From assembly GCA_041661385.1 (NCBI GenBank), contig JBAZUP010000003.1:1-34298 (forward strand): a DNA stretch of 34,298 nt, written 5' to 3'. The notes under the pieces were generated by a model that saw only the letters and a program-made list of their open reading frames with translations, did not search any database and was not told the DNA's origin. Shown here one piece after another: positions 9,041 to 17,046 of the stretch. The translations under genes and the position numbers were made by a program. Source of the stretch: Patescibacteria group bacterium. GTDB taxonomy: Bacteria > Patescibacteriota > Patescibacteriia > Magasanikbacterales > GWA2-37-8. Each line of letters begins with the position of its first letter. The first letter of the stretch is position 1.

Positions 9041-9466
9041 ATGACAATATTCAATAAAATGCTGACTAAAAAACGTTCAGGTTTCACAATGATCGAGTTA
9101 ACAATCGTAATGATTATCCTGGCAATTTTGATTGGTGGCGGTATCTATGCTATGAACGCTCAATCCGATAACGCAAAAAACACAATTACCGTCCAGGATT
9201 TGGATTTGCTCGGTGGCGCATGCGGACAATATGCCGCATTCTCCAAAGACGGCAAACCACCTGTATCAATATTTGACCTATTAACCGGAGTAACGGCCGG
9301 AAATAGCGTAACCGGCAAAGCATCAGGACCGTTGGTAGCTAACTCAAAATGGACAAGTGCTGCAACAATGGTAGATGGTTGGGGTAACGCCTTCGTTTAT
9401 GATGCAGCAGCACGCACCATTACCAGTACTAATAACGGCGGCACGGCAATAGTTAAAGGATTCTAA
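9041..9466 (+). CDS. Major pilin/pseudopilin, paralogue 2
   Basis: RBS TAGGAGAG. Residues 4-76 differ from paralogue 1 only at residue 9 (Ala vs Thr). About 15 substitutions overall, mostly in the C-terminal part. Confidence 0.85.
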   Translation: MTIFNKMLTKKRSGFTMIELTIVMIILAILIGGGIYAMNAQSDNAKNTITVQDLDLLGGACGQYAAFSKDGKPPVSIFDLLTGVTAGNSVTGKASGPLVANSKWTSAATMVDGWGNAFVYDAAARTITSTNNGGTAIVKGF

Positions 9467-9477
9467 TTAAATCAATA

Positions 9478-9504
9478 ATGCGTGGCGGTAAACCCGCCAC
9501 GCAT
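9478..9504 (+). terminator. Stem-loop after pilin 2 (ATGCGTGGCGG-5 nt-CCGCCACGCAT), no U-tract
   Basis: 11-bp perfect stem read directly. It shares the GCGTGGCGG core with the hairpin after pilin 1. Confidence 0.4.
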
Positions 9505-9534
9505 CTAATACAACCCAAATCAAAAGAGGTTAAC

Positions 9535-10539
9535 ATGCACAAAATTAATTTTAAGAAAAGACATGGCGGCGTATTGTTATTAGAAGCCGCAATCGCCTCA
9601 ATAATACTTGCGCTCATATCCTACGGGGTAGTGCAAGTTAACTCAGCAATGTTCACCGGGCTTAGCGCCAGTGAAAACGGTTACCAAGCCCAATTTTTAG
9701 CTATGGGCAAAGCCAATGAAATAAACGCAACTGCCTATACAGCGCTCACGGGGTTACCACGTGCGGCAATATCCGGAACAAGCTTCGAACGCGAAGTAAT
9801 AGTAGGCGCAGAAACCGACATAGGCGGGGGCGTATTACAAAAAAATGTAAATGTAAATGTATACACACCTGGAGTAGCAACGCCCACCTACTCCCTGTTA
9901 TTGCAGCCAACCAATAAAGGCACAGCAGCAAACGCAGTACCAATGGGTACAATAGTAATGTGGTCTGGTTCATCAATACCAGCCGGGTGGCAAGTATGCA
10001 ACGGAACCAACGGCACACCAGATATGCGCAACAGATTCCCAATCGGCGCTGGCGAAAGAATGGTAGGAGTCAGCTATGGCACAAGTTGGGTTATTCCGGC
10101 CCAAACTGTTTCAACCTACGGGCATCAACATACTGCAACAACTTCAATGACTGATACAAACCACAATCATTATGTTGATTTATCAGGAAGCACACTAGGC
10201 CATATATTAACAATACCCGAAATGCCCAGTCATAATCATGCAATGCCTATAACAAACGAAGGCAAATTTGGCGGTGGATGGCCAACAGGGGGATCCCAAT
10301 CTCGATTATCTTATAACGCTACCGAATACGCTGGCGGCAGTGGTGGTGTTACACAACCACACTCCCACCCCCTCAACGGAACCGTAGTATCCCGAAGACA
10401 AGACGAAAGTCCGCTTAACAACGGCCACGCCCACGCCCACAACTTAACCACTACCGCCGATTACCACAACCACACCACCTCGGCGCATCAATTCAACCCT
10501 CCACTAACCGCCATATATTTCATCATGAAAATGAGTTAA
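9535..10539 (+). CDS. Minor pilin-like protein fused to a phage tail-collar / HxH-rich fibre-like domain
   Basis: ATG at 9535 after AAAGAGG; the track start at 9478 lies in the hairpin. Prepilin signal KRHGG|VLLLEAAIA with Glu at +5. GTIVMWSGSSIPAGWQVCNGTNGTPDMRNRFPIGAG and LTIPEMPSHNH resemble the PF07484/COG4675 signature. Six HxH sites in the C-terminal third. Confidence 0.75.
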   Translation: MHKINFKKRHGGVLLLEAAIASIILALISYGVVQVNSAMFTGLSASENGYQAQFLAMGKANEINATAYTALTGLPRAAISGTSFEREVIVGAETDIGGGVLQKNVNVNVYTPGVATPTYSLLLQPTNKGTAANAVPMGTIVMWSGSSIPAGWQVCNGTNGTPDMRNRFPIGAGERMVGVSYGTSWVIPAQTVSTYGHQHTATTSMTDTNHNHYVDLSGSTLGHILTIPEMPSHNHAMPITNEGKFGGGWPTGGSQSRLSYNATEYAGGSGGVTQPHSHPLNGTVVSRRQDESPLNNGHAHAHNLTTTADYHNHTTSAHQFNPPLTAIYFIMKMS

Positions 10540-10541
10540 TT

Positions 10542-10934
10542 ATGCTTAAAAAAAGAAACGGTACATCGTTCGTCGAATTATCTATCTACATAATCATATT
10601 AACATTAATACTAACCGGTTCTGTTGCGGTTATCCGTAACCCAACACAAATAGCCGATGATGCCGATCTAAAAAACACTTTAATGGTACTAGATATGGCG
10701 CTAGCGAAATATCAAGAAACACATTTAAAAAACTTACCAGAAAACTCGGATTGGAAAACAAAACTAACCGAATTAAAATACATTGACGATAATCTATTCG
10801 ATAAATACACTAACGCCGGAATAAGTTTCAATTATACAAAACTAATTATTACCGGAAATGTTCAAAAATATACCTTGTCAGTAACAAATAAACAGGGAAT
10901 AACGCTCACCTCAATCGGTAGTTATATTCCTTAA
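10542..10934 (+). CDS. Minor pilin/pseudopilin
   Basis: Prepilin signal KKRNG|TSFVELSIYIIILTL with Glu at +5. Small 130-aa protein starting 2 nt after the preceding stop. Confidence 0.65.
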   Translation: MLKKRNGTSFVELSIYIIILTLILTGSVAVIRNPTQIADDADLKNTLMVLDMALAKYQETHLKNLPENSDWKTKLTELKYIDDNLFDKYTNAGISFNYTKLIITGNVQKYTLSVTNKQGITLTSIGSYIP

Positions 10935-10941
10935 GGAAATT

Positions 10942-11442
10942 ATGTTTACATTAACTATAATCGCAAAAATCGCGATCGCAATTTATTTGCTCGTAATTGC
11001 TTACATAGACTATAAAACCATGACAATCGACGACAAAATGGTATTAATCGGCGTTATTACAATAACGCCGATATACCTGATTACCAACAATTTTGACTGG
11101 CGTTACTCGCTTTTCGGAGCAATACTCGCCTTAATCTGCACCGGAACAACCTATCTAACCGCTAAACTACTCTTAAAAAAACCAGGCTTCGGACTAGGCG
11201 ACGTAACGCTATCGATACTGATCGGAATAATCGTCGGCTGGAAATGCTTTATCTTAGTGTTTTTCTTAGCGCACTTCATCCACATGGCGTTTTATTTAAT
11301 AATAATCCTGATAAAAAGAAAAAAATTCAAAGCAACCGACACACTGCCGTTCGCGCCAGCTTTCGTAACAGCAACAATAATTAACTTAACAATGACACAG
11401 GGAATATACCCGGTTTTCGAACGTATAATATTATCAAAATAA
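10942..11442 (+). CDS. pilD: Prepilin peptidase, A24 family, minimal form without the N-terminal methyltransferase/Cys-rich domain
   Basis: 166-aa polytopic membrane protein with the two Asp motifs AYIDYKTMTIDD and GFGLGDVTLSILIG. Last gene of the pilus set. Confidence 0.75.
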   Translation: MFTLTIIAKIAIAIYLLVIAYIDYKTMTIDDKMVLIGVITITPIYLITNNFDWRYSLFGAILALICTGTTYLTAKLLLKKPGFGLGDVTLSILIGIIVGWKCFILVFFLAHFIHMAFYLIIILIKRKKFKATDTLPFAPAFVTATIINLTMTQGIYPVFERIILSK

Positions 11443-11486
11443 TCACCATAAATATCAAAATTACAAACAAGGAGAAAATCCCGAAA

Positions 11487-11981
11487 ATGAACAATAAAGC
11501 AGCAAAATGTGTCAACTTAATTCTGGACGGTAAAGACAAAATATCAACAGTAAAACAAAACGAAAAAACCGCAAAAAAAGAACTCGAAGAAATCATGAAG
11601 AAAAGAGGCGTCACTATACTCGAAACAGAATTCGCTACCGTTACGTATACCGTTGCCATGGACAAAAAAACTGGTAATCCAAAAACAAAAAAAGTTTTTG
11701 ATAAAAAAGCATTTAAAGAAGAAATGCCCGACATTTATAAACAATATTGGCTTAAAAATCCGGATTTTGATATTGAAAAAACCGAAACATATGAAGAATA
11801 TAAAAACGAACTCCAAATTTTTAGTAATGCAACAAAAACCGCCTGGAAACAAATCAACGAAATCGATCTCAATACAAAAGCAGCACTACTTGGTATACCG
11901 GGTAATACGGTATTAACTCAATATATTCTCCTTTTAGAAGCCCGTGTGCGAGAAATTGAAACAAAATTATCGACGATATAA
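11487..11981 (+). CDS. Hypothetical Lys/Glu-rich coiled-coil protein; weak resemblance to the siphovirus Gp157 family
   Basis: RBS AAGGAGAA. N-terminal coiled-coil, then TEFATVTYTV..KKVFDKKAFKEEMPDIYKQY. The family call is by eye only. Confidence 0.4.
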   Translation: MNNKAAKCVNLILDGKDKISTVKQNEKTAKKELEEIMKKRGVTILETEFATVTYTVAMDKKTGNPKTKKVFDKKAFKEEMPDIYKQYWLKNPDFDIEKTETYEEYKNELQIFSNATKTAWKQINEIDLNTKAALLGIPGNTVLTQYILLLEARVREIETKLSTI

Positions 11982-12044
11982 GCGGGCTTAAACGCCGTCA
12001 ATAACCCGTTGCGACTATATGATATTGACGGCTTATTGCCCGCT
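11981..12044 (+). terminator. Long imperfect hairpin closing the pilus transcription unit
   Basis: AGCGGGC (11981-11987) pairs with GCCCGCT (12038-12044), and the inner GCCGTCAATA (11994-12003) pairs with TATTGACGGC (12023-12032). No clear U-tract. Confidence 0.45.
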
Positions 12045-12115
12045 TAAAGAAATATACATATAACTTTTATATTGTTGTATAATAAGGGTTAAGAAAACTT
12101 AAGGAGAACATCCGA

Positions 12116-15100
12116 ATGTTCACTCAAAGCTCAAAAACAGTAAGTATAATCTTGCTGATCGTATTCCTGTTCACCCAATTCGCCGGGGCAGCCGCTAACA
12201 ACGAAATACCAATGGCCAATACCAGCACCCCTGCGACAAACGCCTCCGGTGTTCCTGCGGCAAACAACAGTGTTCAAAATTCCATCACCGCCGGGAACAA
12301 CCTGATGAACTACTACATATCACAATGGCTAACCGGTGGACCAGCCTGGTTAAAACGCATTCAAGTCTCCGGAAGTTTCGAAAACAACCAGGCAATTTGG
12401 CAAGCCAGTACTATTCAGCCAATATTTAATTACGACGAAAGCCTGGAAGATGTCTTGTTCTGGCAAGCCAGCTACGCCAGCTTAAACAATACCGGAAACA
12501 TCGGTTTAGGTTTCCGCGATTTATCCGACAGCCACAAATCAATTTACGGCATCAACGCCTTCTACGATCATCAATTCACCGTAACCGCGCTGGACGGCTC
12601 TAACGCCGGCGCACACCAACGTGTAGGATTAGGCCTGGAATGGTTCTACGGACCGCTGGAAGCCCGCGCCAACGCCTATTACGGCATAAGCAACGACGTC
12701 TTCCTTGGCAACTCTGGTGATTGGGCCTATTGGGAACGTGTAATGAACGGATTTGACGCTTCATTAATCACTAATATGTCCTTCGTGTCCGCACCCTGGC
12801 TAAAACTCGGTGTCGTCGGCTCGAATTACTTGGCAACCCAGGCAATGTTAGGTATTGCCAACCCCAACGTGTCAAATATCGCCGCTGTTGCAAGTTTGCA
12901 AATATTCCCGCAACTAAGCATCAACGCCGCCTATAATATGCAAAACACCGGCGCCAACAACGCTACAATCGGCTTTGCCTTCAATCTGTTAGCGCCGCCG
13001 GTACCGGCAATGCTTTGTGGCAACGAAATCATCAACGATAACGCGTCGAACGATATCAGCTACAAAATGCTGCAACAAGTACAACGCAACAATACCATTC
13101 AAACAGAGCGATATACACTGTCCCGTGTCGGCGACGTAAATATAACAGTAATGGCCGGAACTACGCCGGTTTCCGACGCACTGGTAACGATTTATGACAA
13201 CAACAACGTCCAGGTAGCTCAATCGAGCAGCGGCGTTAGCGGCGTCTATAATTTCGGACACCTTATTGCCGGAACAAATTACCAGGCAACAGTAACAAAA
13301 CAACCCTATGACAACGCCGCGGCTAATTTTACCGTCGCAGTTGGCAAAACTACCGCCGTTACAATCAATTTAGAAACTACCGCAGTAGCGATAACGGTTG
13401 TATATACCAACCAGGCGCCAGTAGCCAACCAAACAGTTACGTTAACAAACAGCAGCGGCAACGCAATATTAACCGCCGTTACCAATACCAGCGGCGTTGC
13501 TAATTTTTATCAAGTAACCCCGGGCACTTATAATATTAGCGCAGTCATCAATGGCGCAGCTTATGGCGGCTTAAAAACTAATTTTGCCGTAGTCAAAGGC
13601 TTAACGCAAACCGAATTAATCATCGGGCCGCAACAACCGGGAGCCGGAAACGCCAATATTACTTTAACCGATAATAACGACAATCCAATCTCCGGAGTTA
13701 CGGTACAAATATATTCCGGTATCGACCAAAGCCAAACCGCAATAAGTAACGGAAGCGGTATCGCCGCATTTACCAACTTGCCGCTTGGCAGCTATATTTT
13801 TTCAGCAGTTTCTTCCGGACTGGTACGCTACTCAAACAGCGTAGCAATCAGCAACGGAACGACTACTACCAGCGCCATAAGTTTTTCCACAAGCACTTTC
13901 GGGAACATCAATCTAACAGTGAAAACTAATGATGGAACACCGATCGGCAATGTAAACACTTATTTAACGACATTAAGCGGACAACAGACCGGCTATAGCG
14001 CCACTAGCAATACCAGCGGCGTAGCCGCATATACCGGCGTCCCGGCTGATTCATATATTGCCAACGCAACCTATGAAAACAATCAATATACCAGTAACCC
14101 GTTTAGTGTTTCAGCGGCAACGGCCGCAACTCCGTCAATCACCGTAGGCGCAACCGCGCCGCTGTACGTTATCGTAAAAGATAACGGTGTAGCCGTAACC
14201 GGAACAGTTGTTAACCTGCAACCAGGAAATATGCAAACAGTTACCGACAGTAACGGCAACGCCTATTTTAACAACGCCCCAATCGGAATATTAACCGCTT
14301 CAGTATATACCCAGGTTGTTACCCAAAAAACAGTTAATGTCACTTACGGACAAACAAATTTCAGCACAATCAACTTAAATACTAAAGCAAGTGCCGAAAT
14401 CACCGTACTAGATATTAACAGCGTACCAATAGTTAACAGCACCGTGCAAATGACTGGAACAAATAACGTTTCAGCAACTACCAACGCCAGCGGTATCGCC
14501 GCCTTTACGGGCTTAACCGCCGTTAACCAGCAACAACTATACGCCGTAATCAACGGTAATGTAATATCCGGACAACTAAACTTAATGGCCGGGGCTGTTA
14601 ACCAATACGTCCTGAAAGCCGGAACCGGCAACCTGCAAACTCAAGTGGTTGACGCATCTGGCGCCGGAATTAACGGCGTGCTGGTAAACGCAACAAACTT
14701 CAATAATTCCGCAACAATAAGCGGAACAACCGACAGCGCCGGAAACGTCAATATCCCGCTGGCCAGCGGTCTCTGGACCGTAGCCGCAATATATAACGGC
14801 AACGCCTATGCTTATAGCAACAACGGCGATACCAACGTCGAAATACTGGCTAATTCGGTAAAAACCATTCAAATAACCGCAGCCGCAATTTCACCGTCCG
14901 TAAAAGTTGTCGATAATGCCGGTGCAACCGTATTCGGCGCGTTAGTATATTACAACAGCGAAAAGAAAATGGTAACAACGAATATGTCCGGCGTCGCCCA
15001 ATTAACCGGTGCAACGAACGGAACCCAGCAAATACTGGTCTATCCAAACGGACGAACACAATCTTATCATTACACTTATAACACCAGCCTGCAAAACGGC

Positions 15101-16132
15101 GCAGCAATCCAAACGTTGCAAAACAAAACCGGAACAATGCGAATACATGTAATTGATAGCAACGGCAATCCAATCATTGGAACTAACGTCCAAATAACCA
15201 ACCCGGTGGATGGCAACGAAGCTGGTCAGTATGCCGCAACAAACAGCGCTGGTTATGCTGATTTTATCGTACCTATCGGCTGCACCTACACTGCAATAGC
15301 TAGTAACGGTACCGAGCCCTTTTACCCAACAGTTAATCCGGTTATTACCAACAACGCAATTACTGATACCTATATAAAAGTATCAACGCTGCCAACGGCA
15401 AATGTAACAGTTACCGTTAATGGAACGCCAGTGTCGGGAGCAACAGTTACCCCTTACCTGAATTCAAAGCAAATACAAAACGGAACGACAAACGGGAACG
15501 GCGTAGTAAGCTTCGCAAATTTAGAAACTGGTAATTACGAATTCCGAACATTTTTTACGTATAACGGCAACAGTTATATCACAAGCGTACAAGCAACGTT
15601 GATAAATGGTACATATCCGATAACTATAAATTGTTCAACAACCGCTACCGGCACTGCAACAGTACTTGTACTTGACGCACACAACACGCCGTTGTCCGGA
15701 GTAGTTGTTAGTGGCGGCACCGGGCCAATCATTACAACAAACGCCCAAGGTTATGCAACAATAACAAACCTTCAAACTGGCAACGCCACTTTCTCTGTTC
15801 AAAATTATGGAACAAATATAAATATTTACCACGTTACGACAAACATCGTTGCTAACCAAACAACCAATGTAACTTTAAAAGAAGCTGTTGGCACAATAAA
15901 CGTCACAGTTTACGACGTTAACAATAATCCAGTAGCCGGAGCCACGGTTGAGACCTATGAAAACAACAGCACATACAGAACAGTGGTTACAAACGCCAGC
16001 GGCGTAGCATCCTTCGAAAACCTGCCAATTTGGGAAAAATTCAACTTCATTAATGGCGTTTCGCCAACCCTCTGGGGCGTAACAGTCTACGACGGACAAA
16101 CAACCCAAGTTGACATGCACGCAGTGCAATAA
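12116..16132 (+). CDS. Inverse autotransporter (intimin/invasin-type beta-barrel) adhesin with about 12 tandem CarboxypepD_reg-like domains
   Basis: Signal peptide ..FTQFAGA|AANN. N-terminal barrel with the alternating aromatic pattern GLGFRDL, GINAFYDH, GLGLEWFYG, ARANAYYG, GFDASL, typical of the PF11924 inverse-autotransporter beta domain. The passenger is built of ~80-90-aa Asn/Thr/Val-rich repeats. RBS AAGGAG at 12101. Confidence 0.85.
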   Translation: MFTQSSKTVSIILLIVFLFTQFAGAAANNEIPMANTSTPATNASGVPAANNSVQNSITAGNNLMNYYISQWLTGGPAWLKRIQVSGSFENNQAIWQASTIQPIFNYDESLEDVLFWQASYASLNNTGNIGLGFRDLSDSHKSIYGINAFYDHQFTVTALDGSNAGAHQRVGLGLEWFYGPLEARANAYYGISNDVFLGNSGDWAYWERVMNGFDASLITNMSFVSAPWLKLGVVGSNYLATQAMLGIANPNVSNIAAVASLQIFPQLSINAAYNMQNTGANNATIGFAFNLLAPPVPAMLCGNEIINDNASNDISYKMLQQVQRNNTIQTERYTLSRVGDVNITVMAGTTPVSDALVTIYDNNNVQVAQSSSGVSGVYNFGHLIAGTNYQATVTKQPYDNAAANFTVAVGKTTAVTINLETTAVAITVVYTNQAPVANQTVTLTNSSGNAILTAVTNTSGVANFYQVTPGTYNISAVINGAAYGGLKTNFAVVKGLTQTELIIGPQQPGAGNANITLTDNNDNPISGVTVQIYSGIDQSQTAISNGSGIAAFTNLPLGSYIFSAVSSGLVRYSNSVAISNGTTTTSAISFSTSTFGNINLTVKTNDGTPIGNVNTYLTTLSGQQTGYSATSNTSGVAAYTGVPADSYIANATYENNQYTSNPFSVSAATAATPSITVGATAPLYVIVKDNGVAVTGTVVNLQPGNMQTVTDSNGNAYFNNAPIGILTASVYTQVVTQKTVNVTYGQTNFSTINLNTKASAEITVLDINSVPIVNSTVQMTGTNNVSATTNASGIAAFTGLTAVNQQQLYAVINGNVISGQLNLMAGAVNQYVLKAGTGNLQTQVVDASGAGINGVLVNATNFNNSATISGTTDSAGNVNIPLASGLWTVAAIYNGNAYAYSNNGDTNVEILANSVKTIQITAAAISPSVKVVDNAGATVFGALVYYNSEKKMVTTNMSGVAQLTGATNGTQQILVYPNGRTQSYHYTYNTSLQNGAAIQTLQNKTGTMRIHVIDSNGNPIIGTNVQITNPVDGNEAGQYAATNSAGYADFIVPIGCTYTAIASNGTEPFYPTVNPVITNNAITDTYIKVSTLPTANVTVTVNGTPVSGATVTPYLNSKQIQNGTTNGNGVVSFANLETGNYEFRTFFTYNGNSYITSVQATLINGTYPITINCSTTATGTATVLVLDAHNTPLSGVVVSGGTGPIITTNAQGYATITNLQTGNATFSVQNYGTNINIYHVTTNIVANQTTNVTLKEAVGTINVTVYDVNNNPVAGATVETYENNSTYRTVVTNASGVASFENLPIWEKFNFINGVSPTLWGVTVYDGQTTQVDMHAVQ
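13133..16129 (+). repeat. About 12 tandem degenerate domain repeats (~80-90 codons each) in the adhesin passenger
   Basis: Recurrent pattern (I/V)x(V/L)x(V/D)xxxxP(I/V)xGAxVx...T(T/N)xxGxAxFxxLxxGxYxxxA, for example TVTDSNGNAYFNNAPIG, TNASGIAAFTGL, TNASGVASFENLP. Confidence 0.75.
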
Positions 16133-16141
16133 CCAATCACA

Positions 16142-16179
16142 AGCCAAGCCTGCTCGTGTTTACACGGGTGGGTTTGGCT
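16142..16179 (+). terminator. Hairpin downstream of the adhesin gene (AGCCAAGCC...GGTTTGGCT with inner CTCGTG/CACGGG), no U-tract
   Basis: Read directly; contains G-U pairs. Followed by GGGAG and the ATG at 16193. Confidence 0.35.
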
Positions 16180-16192
16180 CCCGGGAGTAATC

Positions 16193-16516
16193 ATGTATGA
16201 TTCAGAAATAAAATTAAAAATTTCCGGCAATGAAACATTAGTACATTACCATTCAAAGTATACAAATGATATTGCTGCTAAAATGATTGCCGAAAAATTT
16301 ATAAATGAAAACCCTCACTACGCAGGATATGAAGAAATTAACATACTTTCCGTTAATAAAGACGATGCAGAAATAGAATATATACCACGCAGCATCATTA
16401 TGCGCATAAGAAGAATAACTGGATATTTATCAGTAATTGATAACTTTAATAGTGCAAAAAAAGCCGAAGAAAAAGACAGAACTAGTCATTATATTGAAAC
16501 TAATATTACTAACTAA
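16193..16516 (+). CDS. Stand-alone protein with a NrdD-type C-terminal glycyl-radical motif
   Basis: RIRRITGYLSVIDNFNSAKKAEEKDRTSH aligns with the E. coli NrdD C-terminus as I recall it (RRVCGYLGSPDARPFNAGKQEEVKRRVKH), including the radical Gly in xGYL. It lacks an RNR barrel and the Zn-Cys motif. Confidence 0.6.
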   Translation: MYDSEIKLKISGNETLVHYHSKYTNDIAAKMIAEKFINENPHYAGYEEINILSVNKDDAEIEYIPRSIIMRIRRITGYLSVIDNFNSAKKAEEKDRTSHYIETNITN

Positions 16517-16550
16517 ACTTACTAAATAATATTATTAAAAGGAACTTTAT

Positions 16551-16997
16551 ATGATAATAAAAGCACTAGAAACTATTATAGCTACAACTTTAACAACAAC
16601 TTTAACGTATAAAGCATTAACAAAAACCTATAAACCAGAAATACCTACTATGAAAAAAGTGTTATACGTTATAATAGCTTTAATGGTTGTAATTCCAACG
16701 TTTTGGATTTTTATTTATATACCAAAACCTGATTTATCACAGCGTTTATTTTTTATTCAACTAACAATCACGATGTTAATGGCAACAAGTCCACTTGTAT
16801 ATAAAAACTTTAATAAAAAAATCACCACTGATTTATTTTTTTTCATAATCATCACTATTATATCAATAATGATTTTACGCACAGAACAAAATTCGTCAGC
16901 AAATATCATGATGATGTATGTCTTATATGTAATAACATTTAGATGTTTGATATTTAAAAAACTATTCAAACGGATAAAATTAATTTTTACTAACTGA
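16551..16997 (+). CDS. Small polytopic membrane protein, function unknown
   Basis: About 4 hydrophobic segments, very AT-rich codon usage, no recognisable motif. Confidence 0.55.
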   Translation: MIIKALETIIATTLTTTLTYKALTKTYKPEIPTMKKVLYVIIALMVVIPTFWIFIYIPKPDLSQRLFFIQLTITMLMATSPLVYKNFNKKITTDLFFFIIITIISIMILRTEQNSSANIMMMYVLYVITFRCLIFKKLFKRIKLIFTN

Positions 16998-17046
16998 TTT
17001 CAAACATTTTCCGCTAAAAAAAGAAAGAGAATAATAAATTTTAATT

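Larger units (their letters stand above)
8534..9504 (+). repeat. Tandem direct duplication (period 507 nt) of pilin gene plus trailing hairpin
   Basis: About 230 nt of near-identical sequence at the 5' ends of both copies (start codons at 8534 and 9041), a diverged 3' third, and related hairpins at 8976 and 9478. Confidence 0.85.

Noticed and set aside
9478-9534. Upstream extension of the tail-collar pilin ORF (track start at 9478, MRGGKPATH...)
   Set aside because: These codons are the two arms of the 11-bp hairpin following pilin 2. The ATG at 9535 has a good RBS and yields a canonical short prepilin leader.
9843-9862. Short tandem repeat AATGTA x3 (AATGTAAATGTAAATGTA)
   Set aside because: It lies in frame inside the minor pilin gene, where it encodes NVNVNV. 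It is too short and has no spacers, so it is not a CRISPR or regulatory repeat.
11544-11916. Alternative-frame ORFs (102 aa minus strand, 87 aa plus strand) overlapping the Gp157-like gene
   Set aside because: They give Lys/Phe-rich low-complexity translations produced by the A/T-rich coding sequence. The 164-aa frame has an RBS and a coherent coiled-coil/alpha-beta pattern.
12989-16147. Eight antisense ORFs (63-107 aa) listed on the minus strand within the adhesin gene
   Set aside because: All lie entirely inside the 1338-aa plus-strand ORF, apart from a 15-nt overhang of the last one past its stop. The adhesin ORF has a coherent domain repeat structure, and its Asn/Thr/Ala-rich codon bias depletes stop codons on the opposite strand. 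The antisense translations are Cys/Arg-rich and motif-free.
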